A stretch of DNA of 64,000 nucleotides from Escherichia coli (GCF_048403405.1 NZ_CP183136.1); one strand, 5' to 3'. Positions 34,665-45,498 are shown, counted from the first letter of the stretch. Notes: generated by a model not told the origin, from the sequence alone. Made by a program: numbers and translations.

Positions 34665-35411
34665 ATGACAACGGATAACACGAACACGACACGTAACGAT
34701 TCACTGGCTGCACGGACCGATACCTGGTTGCAGTCGTTTCTGGTCTGGTCACCCGGACAGCGGGATATCATCAAAACGGTGGCGCTGGTGCTGATGGTAC
34801 TGGACCACATCAATCTGATATTCCAGCTGAAGCAGGAATGGATGTTTCTGGCCGGGCGAGGAGCCTTTCCGCTGTTTGCCCTGGTGTGGGGGCTGAATCT
34901 GTCCCGTCATGCGCATATCCGGCAACCGGCCATTAACCGGCTGTGGGGATGGGGAATTATTGCCCAGTTCGCATATTATCTGGCCGGCTTTCCCTGGCAT
35001 GAGGGGAATATCCTGTTTGCCTTTGCAGTGGCGGCACAGGTGCTGACGTGGTGTGAAACGCGCAGTGGGTGGCGTACAGCAGCGGCCATTCTTCTGATGG
35101 CCCTGTGGGGGCCTTTGTCCGGCACCAGTTACGGCATTGCCGGGCTGCTGATGCTGGCGGTCAGTTACCGACTGTACCGGGCGGAAGACAGAGCGGAACG
35201 TCTGGCGCTGCTTGCATGCCTGCTGGCCGTTATTCCGGCACTTAACCTTGCCTCCAGTGATGCAGCGGCGGTGGCCGGTCTTGTAATGACGGTGCTGACC
35301 GTTGGTCTGGTGTCGTGTGCAGGAAAATCATTACCCCGTTTCTGGCCCGGGGATTTTTTCCCGGTATTCTACGCCTGTCATCTGGCTGTGCTGGGCGTTC
35401 TGGCGTTGTGA
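34665..35411 (+). CDS. traX: TraX, pilin N-acetylase
   Basis: 248-aa polytopic membrane protein after traI. Confidence 0.85.
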   Translation: MTTDNTNTTRNDSLAARTDTWLQSFLVWSPGQRDIIKTVALVLMVLDHINLIFQLKQEWMFLAGRGAFPLFALVWGLNLSRHAHIRQPAINRLWGWGIIAQFAYYLAGFPWHEGNILFAFAVAAQVLTWCETRSGWRTAAAILLMALWGPLSGTSYGIAGLLMLAVSYRLYRAEDRAERLALLACLLAVIPALNLASSDAAAVAGLVMTVLTVGLVSCAGKSLPRFWPGDFFPVFYACHLAVLGVLAL

Positions 35412-35469
35412 CTGGTATGATACTGACGCTGATTCTGATTATTAATAAACAACATAACACAGGATATTT

Positions 35470-36330
35470 ATGAAAATTACGGATCACAAACTCTCTGAAG
35501 GTATTGCCCTGACATTTCGTGTTCCTGAAGGAAATATAAAACATCCTTTGATTATCTTATGCCATGGGTTTTGCGGTATCAGGAATGTTCTGCTCCCTTG
35601 CTTTGCGAATGCCTTCACAGAAGCAGGATTCGCAACGATTACTTTTGATTATCGAGGATTCGGTGAGAGTGATGGAGAACGAGGGCGTCTGGTTCCTGCA
35701 ATGCAGACCGAAGATATTATTTCAGTTATCAATTGGGCAGAAAAGCAGGAATGTATTGATAATCAGCGTATTGGGTTATGGGGAACATCGCTGGGAGGGG
35801 GGCATGTCTTCAGTGCAGCTGCGCAGGACCAACGCGTAAAATGTATTGTCAGCCAGCTGGCTTTTGCTGACGGTGATGTTCTGGTTACCGGAGAGATGAA
35901 TGAATCGGAGAGAGCGTCTTTTCTGTCCACGCTGAATAAAATGGCAGAGAAGAAGAAAAACACCGGGAAAGAGATGTTTGTGGGGGTTACCCGGGTACTG
36001 AGTGATAATGAATCAAAGGTATTCTTCGAGAAGGTAAAAGGTCAGTATCCTGAAATGGATATAAAAATACCTTTCCTTACGGTTATGGAGACGTTGCAAT
36101 ATAAACCGGCAGAGAGCGCAGCCAAAGTACAGTGCCCAGTTTTGATTGTTATTGCCGGCCAGGATAGTGTTAATCCACCAGAACAGGGAAAAGCCTTATA
36201 TGATGCTGTTGCTTCTGGTACTAAGGAATTATACGAGGAAGCTGACGCATGCCATTATGATATTTATGAAGGCGCGTTTTTTGAACGTGTGGCGGCAGTA
36301 CAGACGCAATGGTTTAAAAAACATCTTTAA
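35470..36330 (+). CDS. Alpha/beta-fold hydrolase
   Basis: HGFCG oxyanion-hole-like motif and GTSLGG nucleophile elbow. Confidence 0.7.
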   Translation: MKITDHKLSEGIALTFRVPEGNIKHPLIILCHGFCGIRNVLLPCFANAFTEAGFATITFDYRGFGESDGERGRLVPAMQTEDIISVINWAEKQECIDNQRIGLWGTSLGGGHVFSAAAQDQRVKCIVSQLAFADGDVLVTGEMNESERASFLSTLNKMAEKKKNTGKEMFVGVTRVLSDNESKVFFEKVKGQYPEMDIKIPFLTVMETLQYKPAESAAKVQCPVLIVIAGQDSVNPPEQGKALYDAVASGTKELYEEADACHYDIYEGAFFERVAAVQTQWFKKHL

Positions 36331-36432
36331 TTGTCGGTATTAATATGTCAGAGGTCGTTGAGGTCAGCTTAATATCATAGTGAGTAGTTTCAACGACCTG
36401 GAGGACATATTTTCACAAAGGTCAGGGCAATC

Positions 36433-36993
36433 ATGACAGAGCAGAAACGACCGGTACTGACACTGAAACGGAAAACGGAAGGGGAAACACCGACCCGGAG
36501 CCGGAAAACCATCATCAATGTCACCACGCCACCAAAATGGAAGGTGAAAAAGCAGAAACTGGCGGAGAAGGCTGCCCGGGAAGCAGAGCTGACAGCAAAA
36601 AAAGCGCAGGCCAGACAGGCGCTGTCCATTTATCTGAACCTGCCCTCGCTGGATGAGGCCGTGAACACCCTGAAACCCTGGTGGCCGGGATTATTTGACG
36701 GTGACACACCCCGACTTCTGGCCTGCGGTATCCGGGACGTGTTACTGGAAGACGTGGCGCAGCGGAATATCCCGCTCTCGCATAAAAAACTGCGCAGGGC
36801 GCTGAAGGCCATCACCCGTTCAGAAAGCTATCTGTGTGCCATGAAAGCCGGTGCCTGCCGGTATGACACGGAAGGGTATGTGACGGAGCATATTTCTCAG
36901 GAGGAAGAAGTGTATGCGGCAGAGCGTCTGGATAAAATCCGCCGCCAGAACCGGATAAAGGCAGAACTTCAGGCCGTGCTTGATGAACAATAA
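36433..36993 (+). CDS. finO: FinO fertility-inhibition RNA chaperone, apparently intact
   Basis: 186 aa, basic N-terminus; matches FinO from recall. Confidence 0.85.
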
Positions 36994-36994
36994 A

Positions 36995-37025
36995 AAAGCC
37001 TCCTTCACACTAAAGGAGGCGGAAA
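36995..37025 (+). terminator. Rho-independent terminator after finO
   Basis: Hairpin gcctcctt...aaggaggc. Confidence 0.6.
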
Positions 37026-37577
37026 AATAAGGCTTCTCTGAAACCTTCTTCCATACCCGGCAGAAGAAGGTTATAAAAATTTATAACACATTCACCGGCC
37101 TGGATTAAAGGGGGAAGGAAAATGAACGGAACAGGGCGTGATTCGCAAAACTCCGGGGTATGGCGCTACCGGCAGGTCGGACGCCGGGCTGTCCGGCTGG
37201 AAGTCAGGGGGACTGGCCGGGAGCCGCTGAGGCATGGCTACGGGCTGCGCAGTCTGCTCCCCGGACAGACTGGCAGCAGTTTGCCCGAAAAAGGGCTGAA
37301 CACTGCCACCGGCGCTGCCGGGGAAGGGTGTAACGAAAAAGCAGCCTTCATTACTCCAGGGATTCAGAAGGCTGAATAATGCATGAGATTTGCTTTTTTT
37401 AATATCCGGTCGGAAAGTATGACCGGACAGTTCTGAGTAGCACAGAGTTTTTTCCATATTAAGTCGTGATTTTATATTTTGTGATTAATTTCACAAAATA
37501 AGGTGTTATTCAGTGTGTGCTGCGATATTCAGGATTACCTGAAATACAGGTGCCATTTATCTGATATGGAGAATAAC

Positions 37578-38039
37578 ATGAGGAAATATATTCCACTGGT
37601 ATTATTTATCTTTTCATGGCCGGTATTGTGTGCAGATATTCATGGACGGGTTGTTCGTGTACTGGACGGTGATACCATCGAGGTCATGGACTCACGGAAG
37701 GCAGTGCGGATCAGGCTGATAAATATTGATGCACCGGAAAAGAAACAGGATTATGGCCGGTGGTCAACGGACATGATGAAATCACTGGTTGCAGGAAAAA
37801 CGGTTACCGTCACATATTTTCAGCGAGATCGTTATGGTCGTATTCTCGGGCAGGTTTATGCACCAGACGGAATGAATGTTAATCAGTTTATGGTCCGGGC
37901 CGGGGCTGCCTGGGTATATGAGCAGTACAACACAGATCCCGTGCTGCCTGTCCTTCAGAACGAAGCCAGACAACAAAAACGTGGGCTCTGGTCAGATGCT
38001 GATCCGGTTCCCCCCTGGATATGGAGACACCGTAAATAA
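37578..38039 (+). CDS. Secreted thermonuclease (micrococcal-nuclease family)
   Basis: Signal peptide MRKYIPLVLFIFSWPVLCA and SNase-like motifs (VLDGDTIEV, RLINIDAPE). Confidence 0.75.
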   Translation: MRKYIPLVLFIFSWPVLCADIHGRVVRVLDGDTIEVMDSRKAVRIRLINIDAPEKKQDYGRWSTDMMKSLVAGKTVTVTYFQRDRYGRILGQVYAPDGMNVNQFMVRAGAAWVYEQYNTDPVLPVLQNEARQQKRGLWSDADPVPPWIWRHRK

Positions 38040-38084
38040 AGCGATGGCAATCTTATCATTCATCTGTTCTCAGCGGGAATAAAA

Positions 38085-38294
38085 ATGGCGAAAACAAAAC
38101 AGGAATGGCTGTATCAGTTACGGCGATGTTCATCAGTCAATACGCTGGAAAAAATTATTCATAAAAACAGAGACAGTTTATTAAACAGTGAACGTGAATC
38201 ATTTAATTCAGCAGCAGACCACCGGTTAGCGGAATTAATCACCGGAAAGTTATATGACAGGATACCAAAAGAGATATGGAAATATGTAAGGTAA
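38085..38294 (+). CDS. Hypothetical protein (69 aa)
   Basis: ORF only. Confidence 0.3.
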   Translation: MAKTKQEWLYQLRRCSSVNTLEKIIHKNRDSLLNSERESFNSAADHRLAELITGKLYDRIPKEIWKYVR

Positions 38295-38331
38295 TAATTC
38301 AGAATAATTAATTACCAGGAGCAGATAAACA

Positions 38332-38922
38332 ATGAAGCTGATTATTTTTATTCTCATTGTTCTGATTATTGCAGCGTTACTTATCCGGATTATCCTCAAA
38401 AGTGTAAATCAGCATTCTCCTTTGCTGATGCAGTTGCATGCGGCAGGTATACGGACCGGTGATGCAGAGCGAATACTGTCCGGCGGTGAATACTGGCAAC
38501 GTCAGAAGACGCTGCTGACAGAAAGGGAAGTCAGTTTTATGAAAGGACTGTTCAGAATTGTGGATATGAAGCGGTGGTATCTGTGTCCGCAGGTACGGGT
38601 CGCGGATATCGTCCAGCTGAACGGGAATATCCGGCCACGATCACGCCAGTGGTGGCAGTTATTCAGGATGGTGTCTCAGTGGCATGTTGATGTGGTTATC
38701 GTTGAGCGGCGTTCGTTCAGTATTGTTGCAGCAGTAGAGCTGGATGATGCCAGCCATTTACGACCGGAACGCAGACGCCGGGATATTCTTCTGGAAGAGG
38801 TTCTGAGGCAGGCTGGTATTCCGTTGCTCAGAAGCCACGATGCCAGAAAACTGCTGCAGATGACCGGAGAATGGCTGAATACAACAGGAACTGATCAGCA
38901 ATCACCGGAACATCGTAGCTGA
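38332..38922 (+). CDS. DUF2726-like protein with N-terminal transmembrane helix
   Basis: 196-aa ORF with hydrophobic N-terminus; family assignment from recall. Confidence 0.55.
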   Translation: MKLIIFILIVLIIAALLIRIILKSVNQHSPLLMQLHAAGIRTGDAERILSGGEYWQRQKTLLTEREVSFMKGLFRIVDMKRWYLCPQVRVADIVQLNGNIRPRSRQWWQLFRMVSQWHVDVVIVERRSFSIVAAVELDDASHLRPERRRRDILLEEVLRQAGIPLLRSHDARKLLQMTGEWLNTTGTDQQSPEHRS

Positions 38923-39161
38923 CGCCTTCGCGTTGCTCAGTTGTCCAACCCCGGAAACGGGAAAAAGCAAGTTTTCCCCGCTCCCGGCGTTTCCATAACT
39001 GAAAACCATACTATTTCACAGTTTAAATCACATTAAACGACAGTAATCCCCGTTGATTTGTGCGCCAACACAGATCTTCGTCACAATTCTCAAGTCGCTG
39101 ATTTCAAAAAACTGTAGTATCCTCTGCGAAACGATCCCTGTTTGAGTATTGAGGAGGCGAG

Positions 39162-39419
39162 ATGTCGCAGACAGAAAATGCAGTGACTTCCTCATCTGGC
39201 GCAAAACGAGCATACAGAAAGGGTAAACCTTTGAGTGAAGCAGAACGACAGAGAGCAGCTTCTGCGCGCAAACGATCTGTATGTAAAGAGATCAAGGTTT
39301 TCGTCAGACCAGAACTGAAAAACTACCTTACCAGTCTGTGTGCAGAGGAAGGGGTAACTCAGGCAGAGTTGATAGAAAGGCTTATCGAGAAAGAGGCCTG
39401 TCACAGGAACATGATGTGA
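39162..39419 (+). CDS. copB: CopB (RepA2) replication repressor
   Basis: 85-aa ORF MSQTENAVTSSSGAKRAYRKGKPLSEAERQRA..., IncFII CopB from recall. Confidence 0.85.
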   Translation: MSQTENAVTSSSGAKRAYRKGKPLSEAERQRAASARKRSVCKEIKVFVRPELKNYLTSLCAEEGVTQAELIERLIEKEACHRNMM

Positions 39420-39469
39420 TGGGATCACATTCTTGCTAGTTTTTTCTGTCAGTGCTAGATTACTGATCG

Positions 39470-39570
39470 TTTAAGGAATTTTGTGGCTGGCCACGCCGTA
39501 AGGTGGCAGGGAACTGGTTCTGATGTGGATTTACAGGAGCCAGAAAAGTGAAAACCCCGATAATCTTCAG
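39470..39570 (-). ncRNA. copA: CopA antisense RNA (approximate)
   Basis: Position between copB and tap/repA1 in a RepFII replicon; bounds not resolved. Confidence 0.4.
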
Positions 39571-39654
39571 CAAGTTTGGCGACTAAGAAGAAGATTAACG
39601 GGGCTAACAAGAAACCGCATAGAAGCTGTTGCTCTATGCGGGGAGTATAGTTAT

Positions 39655-39729
39655 ATGCCCGGAAAAGTTCAAGACTTCTTTCTGTGCTCACTCCTTCTGT
39701 GCAACATAAGTGCAGGATGGTGTGACTGA
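39655..39729 (+). CDS. tap: Tap (RepA6) leader peptide
   Basis: 24-codon [27 protein letters not shown] whose stop overlaps the repA1 start. Confidence 0.7.
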   Translation: MPGKVQDFFLCSLLLCNISAGWCD

Positions 39730-40579
39730 TCTTCACCAAACGTATTACCGCCAGGTAAAGAACCCGAATCCGGTGTTTACACCCCGTAAAGGTGCCGGAA
39801 CGCTGAAGTTCTGCGAAAAACTGATGGAAAAGGCGGTGGGCTTCACCTCCCGTTTTGACTTCGCCATTCATGTGGCGCATGCCCGTTCGCGTGGTCTGCG
39901 TCGACGCATGCCACCGGTGCTGCGTCGACGGGCAATTGATGCGCTGCTGCAGGGGCTGTGTTTCCACTATGACCCGCTGGCCAACCGCGTCCAGTGCTCC
40001 ATCACCACACTGGCCATTGAGTGCGGACTGGCGACAGAGTCCGGTGCAGGAAAACTCTCCATCACCCGTGCCACCCGGGCCCTGACGTTCCTGTCAGAGC
40101 TGGGACTGATTACCTACCAGACGGAATATGACCCGCTTATCGGGTGCTACATTCCGACCGACATCACGTTCACACCGGCACTGTTTGCCGCTCTCGATGT
40201 GTCTGAGGTGGCGGTGGCTTCCGCACGCCGCAGTCGTGTGGAATGGGAAAACAGACAGCGCAAGAAGCAGGGACTGGATGCACTGGGCATGGATGAACTG
40301 ATAGCGAAAGCCTGGCGTTTTGTTCGTGAGCGTTTTCGCAGTTATCAGACAGAGCTTAAGTCCCGGGGAATAAAGCGTGCCCGTGCGCGTCGTGATGCGG
40401 ACAGGGAACGTCAGGATATTGTCACCCTGGTGAAACGGCAGCTGACGCGCGAAATCGCGGAAGGGCGCTTCACTGCCAATCGTGAGGCGGTAAAACGCGA
40501 AGTTGAGCGTCGTGTGAAGGAGCGCATGATTCTGTCACGTAACCGTAATTACAGCCGGCTGGCCACAGCTTCCCCCTGA
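39722..40579 (+). CDS. repA1: RepA1 replication initiator (IncFII)
   Basis: 285 codons from [29 protein letters not shown]..., matches R100/R1 RepA1 from recall. Confidence 0.9.
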   Translation: MTDLHQTYYRQVKNPNPVFTPRKGAGTLKFCEKLMEKAVGFTSRFDFAIHVAHARSRGLRRRMPPVLRRRAIDALLQGLCFHYDPLANRVQCSITTLAIECGLATESGAGKLSITRATRALTFLSELGLITYQTEYDPLIGCYIPTDITFTPALFAALDVSEVAVASARRSRVEWENRQRKKQGLDALGMDELIAKAWRFVRERFRSYQTELKSRGIKRARARRDADRERQDIVTLVKRQLTREIAEGRFTANREAVKREVERRVKERMILSRNRNYSRLATASP

Positions 40580-40589
40580 AAGTGACCTC

Positions 40590-40850
40590 CTCTGAATAAT
40601 CCGGCCCGCGCTGGAGGCATTCGCACGCCTGAAGCCCGTCGATGCACAAAAAAACAGCACCACATACAAAAAACAACCTCATCATCCAGCTTCTGGTGCA
40701 TCCGGCCCCCCCTGTTTTCGATACAAAACACGCCTCACAGACGGGGAATTTTGCTTATCCACATTAAACTGCAAGGGACTTCCCCATAAGGTTACAACCG
40801 TTCATGTCATAAAGCGCCAGCCGCCAGTCTTACAGGGTGCAATGTATCTT
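40590..40850 (+). other. oriR: oriR vegetative origin region
   Basis: Directly downstream of repA1; DnaA box ttatccaca at 40755..40763. Confidence 0.6.
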
Positions 40851-41298
40851 TTAAACACCTGTTTATATCTCCTTTAAACTACTTAATTACATTCATTTAA
40901 AAAGAAAACCTATTCACTGCCTGTCCTGTGGACAGACAGATATGCACCTCCCACCGCAAGCGGCGGGCCCCGACCGGAGCCATTTTAGTTACAACACTCA
41001 AATACAAGCACCGGGAAAACCCCAGTCCAGCGCAGAACTGAAACCACAAAGCCCCTCCTCATAACTGAAAAGCGGCCCCGCCCCGGCCCGAAGGGCCGGA
41101 ACAGAGTCGCTTTTAATTATGAATGTTGTAACTACATCATCATCGCTGTCAGTCTTCTGGCTGGAAGTTCTCAGTACACGCTCGTAAGCGGCCCTGACGG
41201 CCCGCTAACGCGGAGATACGCCCCGACTTCGGGTAAACCCTCGTCGGGACCACTCCGACCGCGCACAGAAGCTCTCTCATAGCTGAAAACGGGTATAG

Positions 41299-41430
41299 TC
41301 TGGCAGGGCAAGGGATGGGTAAGGTGAAATCTATCAATCAGTACCGGCTTACGCCGGGCTTCGGCGGTTTTACTCCGGTATCACATGTAACCACAGCGTG
41401 CCGCCTTCCATGCCGCTGGCGCGGCATAAG
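41299..41430 (+). repeat. Conserved motif, copy 2 of 3 (gggtaaggtgaaatctatcaatcagtaccggcttacgccgg ... gccttccatgccgctggcgcggcataa)
   Basis: Shares blocks with 49934..50050 and 2620..2710. Confidence 0.5.
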
Positions 41431-41645
41431 CATATGTTGGTGGCTGTGTCTGAAAGGTTATATACTCTGCATAAAACCTGACAACACGCAGATTGCCAGG
41501 CAAATGAGCATTATGCATCCGGTTATCGCCTGCCTGTGAAACAATATCACCGGGGCGAATATCGATACTCTGACTCGTTATACCCATGCGTGCGGCATCA
41601 AAAAACCTGCAATTGCCCTTTATTGAATGAAAGGGGGAGTCAATT

Positions 41646-41909
41646 ATGAATAGCACCACACATTACGAAAACGCCAATTTCCTGCGCGAGCTGGCCGAAA
41701 GCCTGCCTCGTATTTTTCCAGAAGGCAGTACAGACAAGTCTGCACTATTGCAACGCCTCGCTAATGAAGAACTGGCACGGGCGGAATACGACGAACAGAT
41801 CCGAGCGAAAGTTGCCGCTGCCCGCGCCGATAAGCGGCCGGGAATGAGTTCCGCGCAACTGCGCCAGCAACTACAGGGACGTTATCAGGAACTGCGCAAT
41901 GAGTTATGA
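41646..41909 (+). CDS. yacA: Antitoxin (YacA-like)
   Basis: 87-aa ORF overlapping the toxin start. Confidence 0.65.
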   Translation: MNSTTHYENANFLRELAESLPRIFPEGSTDKSALLQRLANEELARAEYDEQIRAKVAAARADKRPGMSSAQLRQQLQGRYQELRNEL

Positions 41910-42198
41910 AATAGAATGGCGACCAGGTGCGATTGAGGATATAACGGCGTTGTTTGAATATCTGGTCGAGAATGCATCTCTTTGGGATGCAAGGAACGTG
42001 ACAGAGCGTCTGATCACTGCAACCGATCGCCTGGCTGATTACCCCAGGCTGTATGAAACGGATGAACGCTATGGTGAAGGGGTTCGCCGTATTAGCTTAC
42101 TTGGACAGCATGTACTTTATGAAGTGAATGATGAGGCCAGTCGTGTCAATATCCTGGCGGTTGTAGGCCAGCGTCAGAATCCCCGATTCATTCTTTGA
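41899..42198 (+). CDS. yacB: RelE/ParE-family toxin (YacB-like)
   Basis: 99-aa ORF overlapping the antitoxin stop; RelE/ParE-like size and C-terminus. Confidence 0.7.
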   Translation: MSYEIEWRPGAIEDITALFEYLVENASLWDARNVTERLITATDRLADYPRLYETDERYGEGVRRISLLGQHVLYEVNDEASRVNILAVVGQRQNPRFIL

Positions 42199-42233
42199 GT
42201 GTCCGGCTTGGAACTCCATCTTCAGAGAATCGA

Positions 42234-42899
42234 TCAACGTTCTTTAGCTCCTTCCACTAACAGCCGACCTATCTCAAACACCGCAGCTGACCGTCCCGAC
42301 TTCACCGCTTCGGCTTTCTGTCCCTCAACAAACCAGTTATTACCGTCCGTTCGGACCAACTCAAACATCCATGACATATCGTAAACGTGTTCCGGGATCA
42401 GCGACCCTTCTCCGGCCAGAATACCCGCCGTTATGGAGTGGTTGCCCCCGTGCACAAAGCCAATACGCCAGGGCAACCACAGGTCAACATAGTGGTTGTT
42501 TTTATCTTGCTTCCACGGCTTCCCCTTATGGGTTCCAATGCGTGAAACGTTATCGATATAGCGTGGTAGGCTCCAAGGCCACGGCAGCACTATGTCGCTT
42601 GCCAGCGACAACGGATAATCAGCGCCGTTCATCTCACACTCTTTCATCTTTTCGTAAGATTGTATTTGGGTAAGTCCCTTAAAGAAGAACTCCTGCGGGG
42701 TCATATCCGGGCGGGCATCTGTTCCCTCCTCAGCTACCGCCAGCAAGAAATCACTCTGTACTGGCCGCACGATAGCGCGAATGAGATCTGGTAGCGCCTT
42801 AACGGGTAGTTTCTCTGCCACAGAAAGCAGATGATTGAAGCGTTTTTTTTCATTGGCTATAGTTGCTTTATCTTTCTTGTTTCGGTTCCAGAACATCAC
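42234..42899 (-). CDS. Hypothetical protein (221 aa)
   Basis: Long ORF; no family recognised. Confidence 0.5.
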   Translation of the reverse strand: MMFWNRNKKDKATIANEKKRFNHLLSVAEKLPVKALPDLIRAIVRPVQSDFLLAVAEEGTDARPDMTPQEFFFKGLTQIQSYEKMKECEMNGADYPLSLASDIVLPWPWSLPRYIDNVSRIGTHKGKPWKQDKNNHYVDLWLPWRIGFVHGGNHSITAGILAGEGSLIPEHVYDMSWMFELVRTDGNNWFVEGQKAEAVKSGRSAAVFEIGRLLVEGAKER

Positions 42900-43468
42900 T
42901 GTCTGTAGCCCTCCTTATCGTGATCAGGATGATGGTTTTCATTCTAATGGTGTAGTAGTTTCACGTCACGCGCACGTGCATATTCTTCGAAAGCTTCGGC
43001 GTTAGCCGGTCAACCAGGGGGTTGAGGCCCAACCGTACGAGATCGTACGCTAAGTTCATTTTTTGAGCAGAAGAGGTGAGTAAAGAAAACGAGGGTTTTG
43101 TTTACTCTTCCCGTCAATGCCAGTAGCCATGCGGTTTCAGGGACTTTCAGTGTTAATAAACTCGGTAATCAAATCAACGTAAACCTGCCTAACAACGCCA
43201 CGACTTTATTGACTTAAAATCATATAGTTAGCTTCTTAGCGTACGTTTCCGCTCCATTGGGCTTCAAACCCCACACCCAATGACATGAGAAAAGCTGGAT
43301 CTGATTCTCAAAATGCTGGGATACCCATCGAGATGGAGAACTCAGTCAATGTTCCATTCTTTCTGAAATATGTGTGGGGACACTGATCTGTCGGGAGCCG
43401 GATGCGGTAGTTCCGCAGGTCCGGTTCTGAGGAGGGGCCCGTCCGGGCAACCGGCGGGTCTACTCACC

Positions 43469-44032
43469 TCATCCCCCTACAACCACTCCCATTCGTTTAA
43501 GTATTTTTAAACCTGCTTCCTGTGGTATCTTTATAGATAAGATCCTGTTTATCTCAGGATTTATATCGAGACCTTCTGTCATTGAAAAATCACAGTGAGA
43601 CAAATCAGAATGTCTGAACTCTGTATTATTAAACTCCGAACCAGTAAAATCAGATTTACGAAGGTCTGTTTCCTCAAATAAACAATCACGGAAGCGACTG
43701 GATAAAAAAATAGATTTCTGTAACCGTAAACTAATAAAATCAACAAATCTCAAATCACAATTTACAAGAGAAAAAGTACAGGGAAACATAATGTCTGCTG
43801 CATTTACTCCTTGTAATAAACAATCTTTGAATTCACAGTCAATAAGTTTAAAAAAATTAAGTTTTAAATTCTTTATTGAGCAGTTTACGAAGCGACATTT
43901 TTCGAACTCACAATCGCGAAAGTTAAAGTTGTCAAGCTGTATTCGTTCAAATATACAATTGTAATAATTTACACCTGATAATTCACTTTCACTGAGGTGT
44001 CGTTTTGTGATTCTTTTTTCTATTATATCCAT
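43469..44032 (-). CDS. mcbG: McbG, pentapeptide-repeat microcin B17 immunity protein
   Basis: 187 aa with pentapeptide repeats; last gene of the mcb operon. Confidence 0.85.
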   Translation of the reverse strand: MDIIEKRITKRHLSESELSGVNYYNCIFERIQLDNFNFRDCEFEKCRFVNCSIKNLKLNFFKLIDCEFKDCLLQGVNAADIMFPCTFSLVNCDLRFVDFISLRLQKSIFLSSRFRDCLFEETDLRKSDFTGSEFNNTEFRHSDLSHCDFSMTEGLDINPEINRILSIKIPQEAGLKILKRMGVVVGG

Positions 44033-44035
44033 GTG

Positions 44036-44767
44036 TCAGTCTCCTGTTCCCATAACTTCTTTAATAAATGCCTTTTCTGGAGTTGTTTCATTATTGGATT
44101 GAATAAAATCACTCATATCAGAATAACGATTTATACTATTTTTTGAAAGCATATAGAAGGGGATTTTATCTCTTGTTAATTCATCAAAAATATGAGTTGA
44201 GAAAAATACAGTTTTCCCGTCAGCGGTGATCTTATTTATCAGTTCCCATAACATCATTCTGTACTGAATATCAATGCCTACAGTTGGTTCATCCAGTAAA
44301 AATAAACGGGCATTTTTGCAAAGCGTTAGCATCAAAGATATGATAAGCCAACGCTTCTCTCCATAACTTACCGTGTAAGTCCTTTTACGTCTTATTTTAT
44401 CATAGCGAATGAAAAAATTATCATTCCATTTATGATTAAGCTCTGTCCATGCCTGTTTTTTAGTTAACTTATTGAAGCAGCAAATCAAATCAAGAACCTC
44501 CTCATTCCTTAGTGTACCTGAAAGATTTATGACTTGAGGTAGACTTACTAATTCTCCATCAGAGAAATTTCGCTTGAGGGTCCCTTCATAATTACTGACT
44601 CCGCCCCTGATAAGGTTAAAAAGAGTGGTCTTCCCGGCTCCATTTTCTCCAAGCAGACCTATCAACTCTCCCTGCTCAATCTTAAGCGACAGATTATTGA
44701 AAACAGGGGGTAAATTTACTTTATATGAAAAGCTCAGAGAGTTGATTTCTAAAAGAGGTATGGTCAT
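44036..44767 (-). CDS. mcbF: McbF, ABC transporter ATP-binding subunit
   Basis: Walker A GENGAGKTT, ABC signature. Confidence 0.85.
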   Translation of the reverse strand: MTIPLLEINSLSFSYKVNLPPVFNNLSLKIEQGELIGLLGENGAGKTTLFNLIRGGVSNYEGTLKRNFSDGELVSLPQVINLSGTLRNEEVLDLICCFNKLTKKQAWTELNHKWNDNFFIRYDKIRRKRTYTVSYGEKRWLIISLMLTLCKNARLFLLDEPTVGIDIQYRMMLWELINKITADGKTVFFSTHIFDELTRDKIPFYMLSKNSINRYSDMSDFIQSNNETTPEKAFIKEVMGTGD

Positions 44768-45489
44768 TGAGAACTCCAGACTGGCTCAGTTTTGAAGGTT
44801 AGTGCTGAAATAATACTTATGATTAACATTATACTATAGAAAAATATCGTCATCAGAGACAACTCCTGATCTGACTGGAGTATTGTAGAATAGATGGCGA
44901 TAGGATTAACCTGATTTATCCAGTAAACGATCCCCTCATTATATTTTAATGATACAATTCCTGATACCATACAGACAGTTATTAATACAGAATAGATAGT
45001 GCTGGCTGTTTGGAATGTGACTCTGAACGATGCCATGAAAGTGAGTGAAACCATCATAAATGCATTTATGTATATCGATTTTAAAATAATCATTACTATT
45101 TGATAATCTGGACTTGCCTGGAATCCTGTTAGTACGACTAAAATGAAAAAAAACACATACAAAATAGACATGATAAGTGAGGCTATTAATTGAGAACGAA
45201 TAAATAATAGTCGACCATCCATATTATGCACGAAGGTAGCAATAAAACCACTTTCTCTTCTTCCGACCAGATACAGACAGTAATTAAACAGAACAACAGA
45301 AAAAGAAATGTAGCCTACAAACCATGATATTTGTTTTCCGAGCCATGCTGTATCACCATAATGAAGTTCAATTTCATTGAAATGAAGGAAAAAGAACAAC
45401 ACTGTAGGTGACATAATTGTCCATATTAAGCTGAAAGGGGTTCTGATTTGTTCCATCAGAAAAATTATCGCCATTTTTAATGTAACCAT
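44764..45489 (-). CDS. mcbE: McbE, ABC transporter permease
   Basis: 241-aa polytopic membrane protein. Confidence 0.8.
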   Translation of the reverse strand: MVTLKMAIIFLMEQIRTPFSLIWTIMSPTVLFFFLHFNEIELHYGDTAWLGKQISWFVGYISFSVVLFNYCLYLVGRRESGFIATFVHNMDGRLLFIRSQLIASLIMSILYVFFFILVVLTGFQASPDYQIVMIILKSIYINAFMMVSLTFMASFRVTFQTASTIYSVLITVCMVSGIVSLKYNEGIVYWINQVNPIAIYSTILQSDQELSLMTIFFYSIMLIISIISALTFKTEPVWSSQ

Positions 45490-45498
45490 TTGTTATCC

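Noticed and set aside
30262-34813. Multiple antisense or out-of-frame ORFs (up to 290 aa) inside traI
   Set aside because: They are embedded in a long, intact, high-GC relaxase-helicase ORF and have Arg/Ser/Pro-rich low-complexity translations.
37092-37457. ORFs on both strands between finO and the nuclease gene
   Set aside because: GC-rich intergenic region with no RBS and no family signal; left unannotated.
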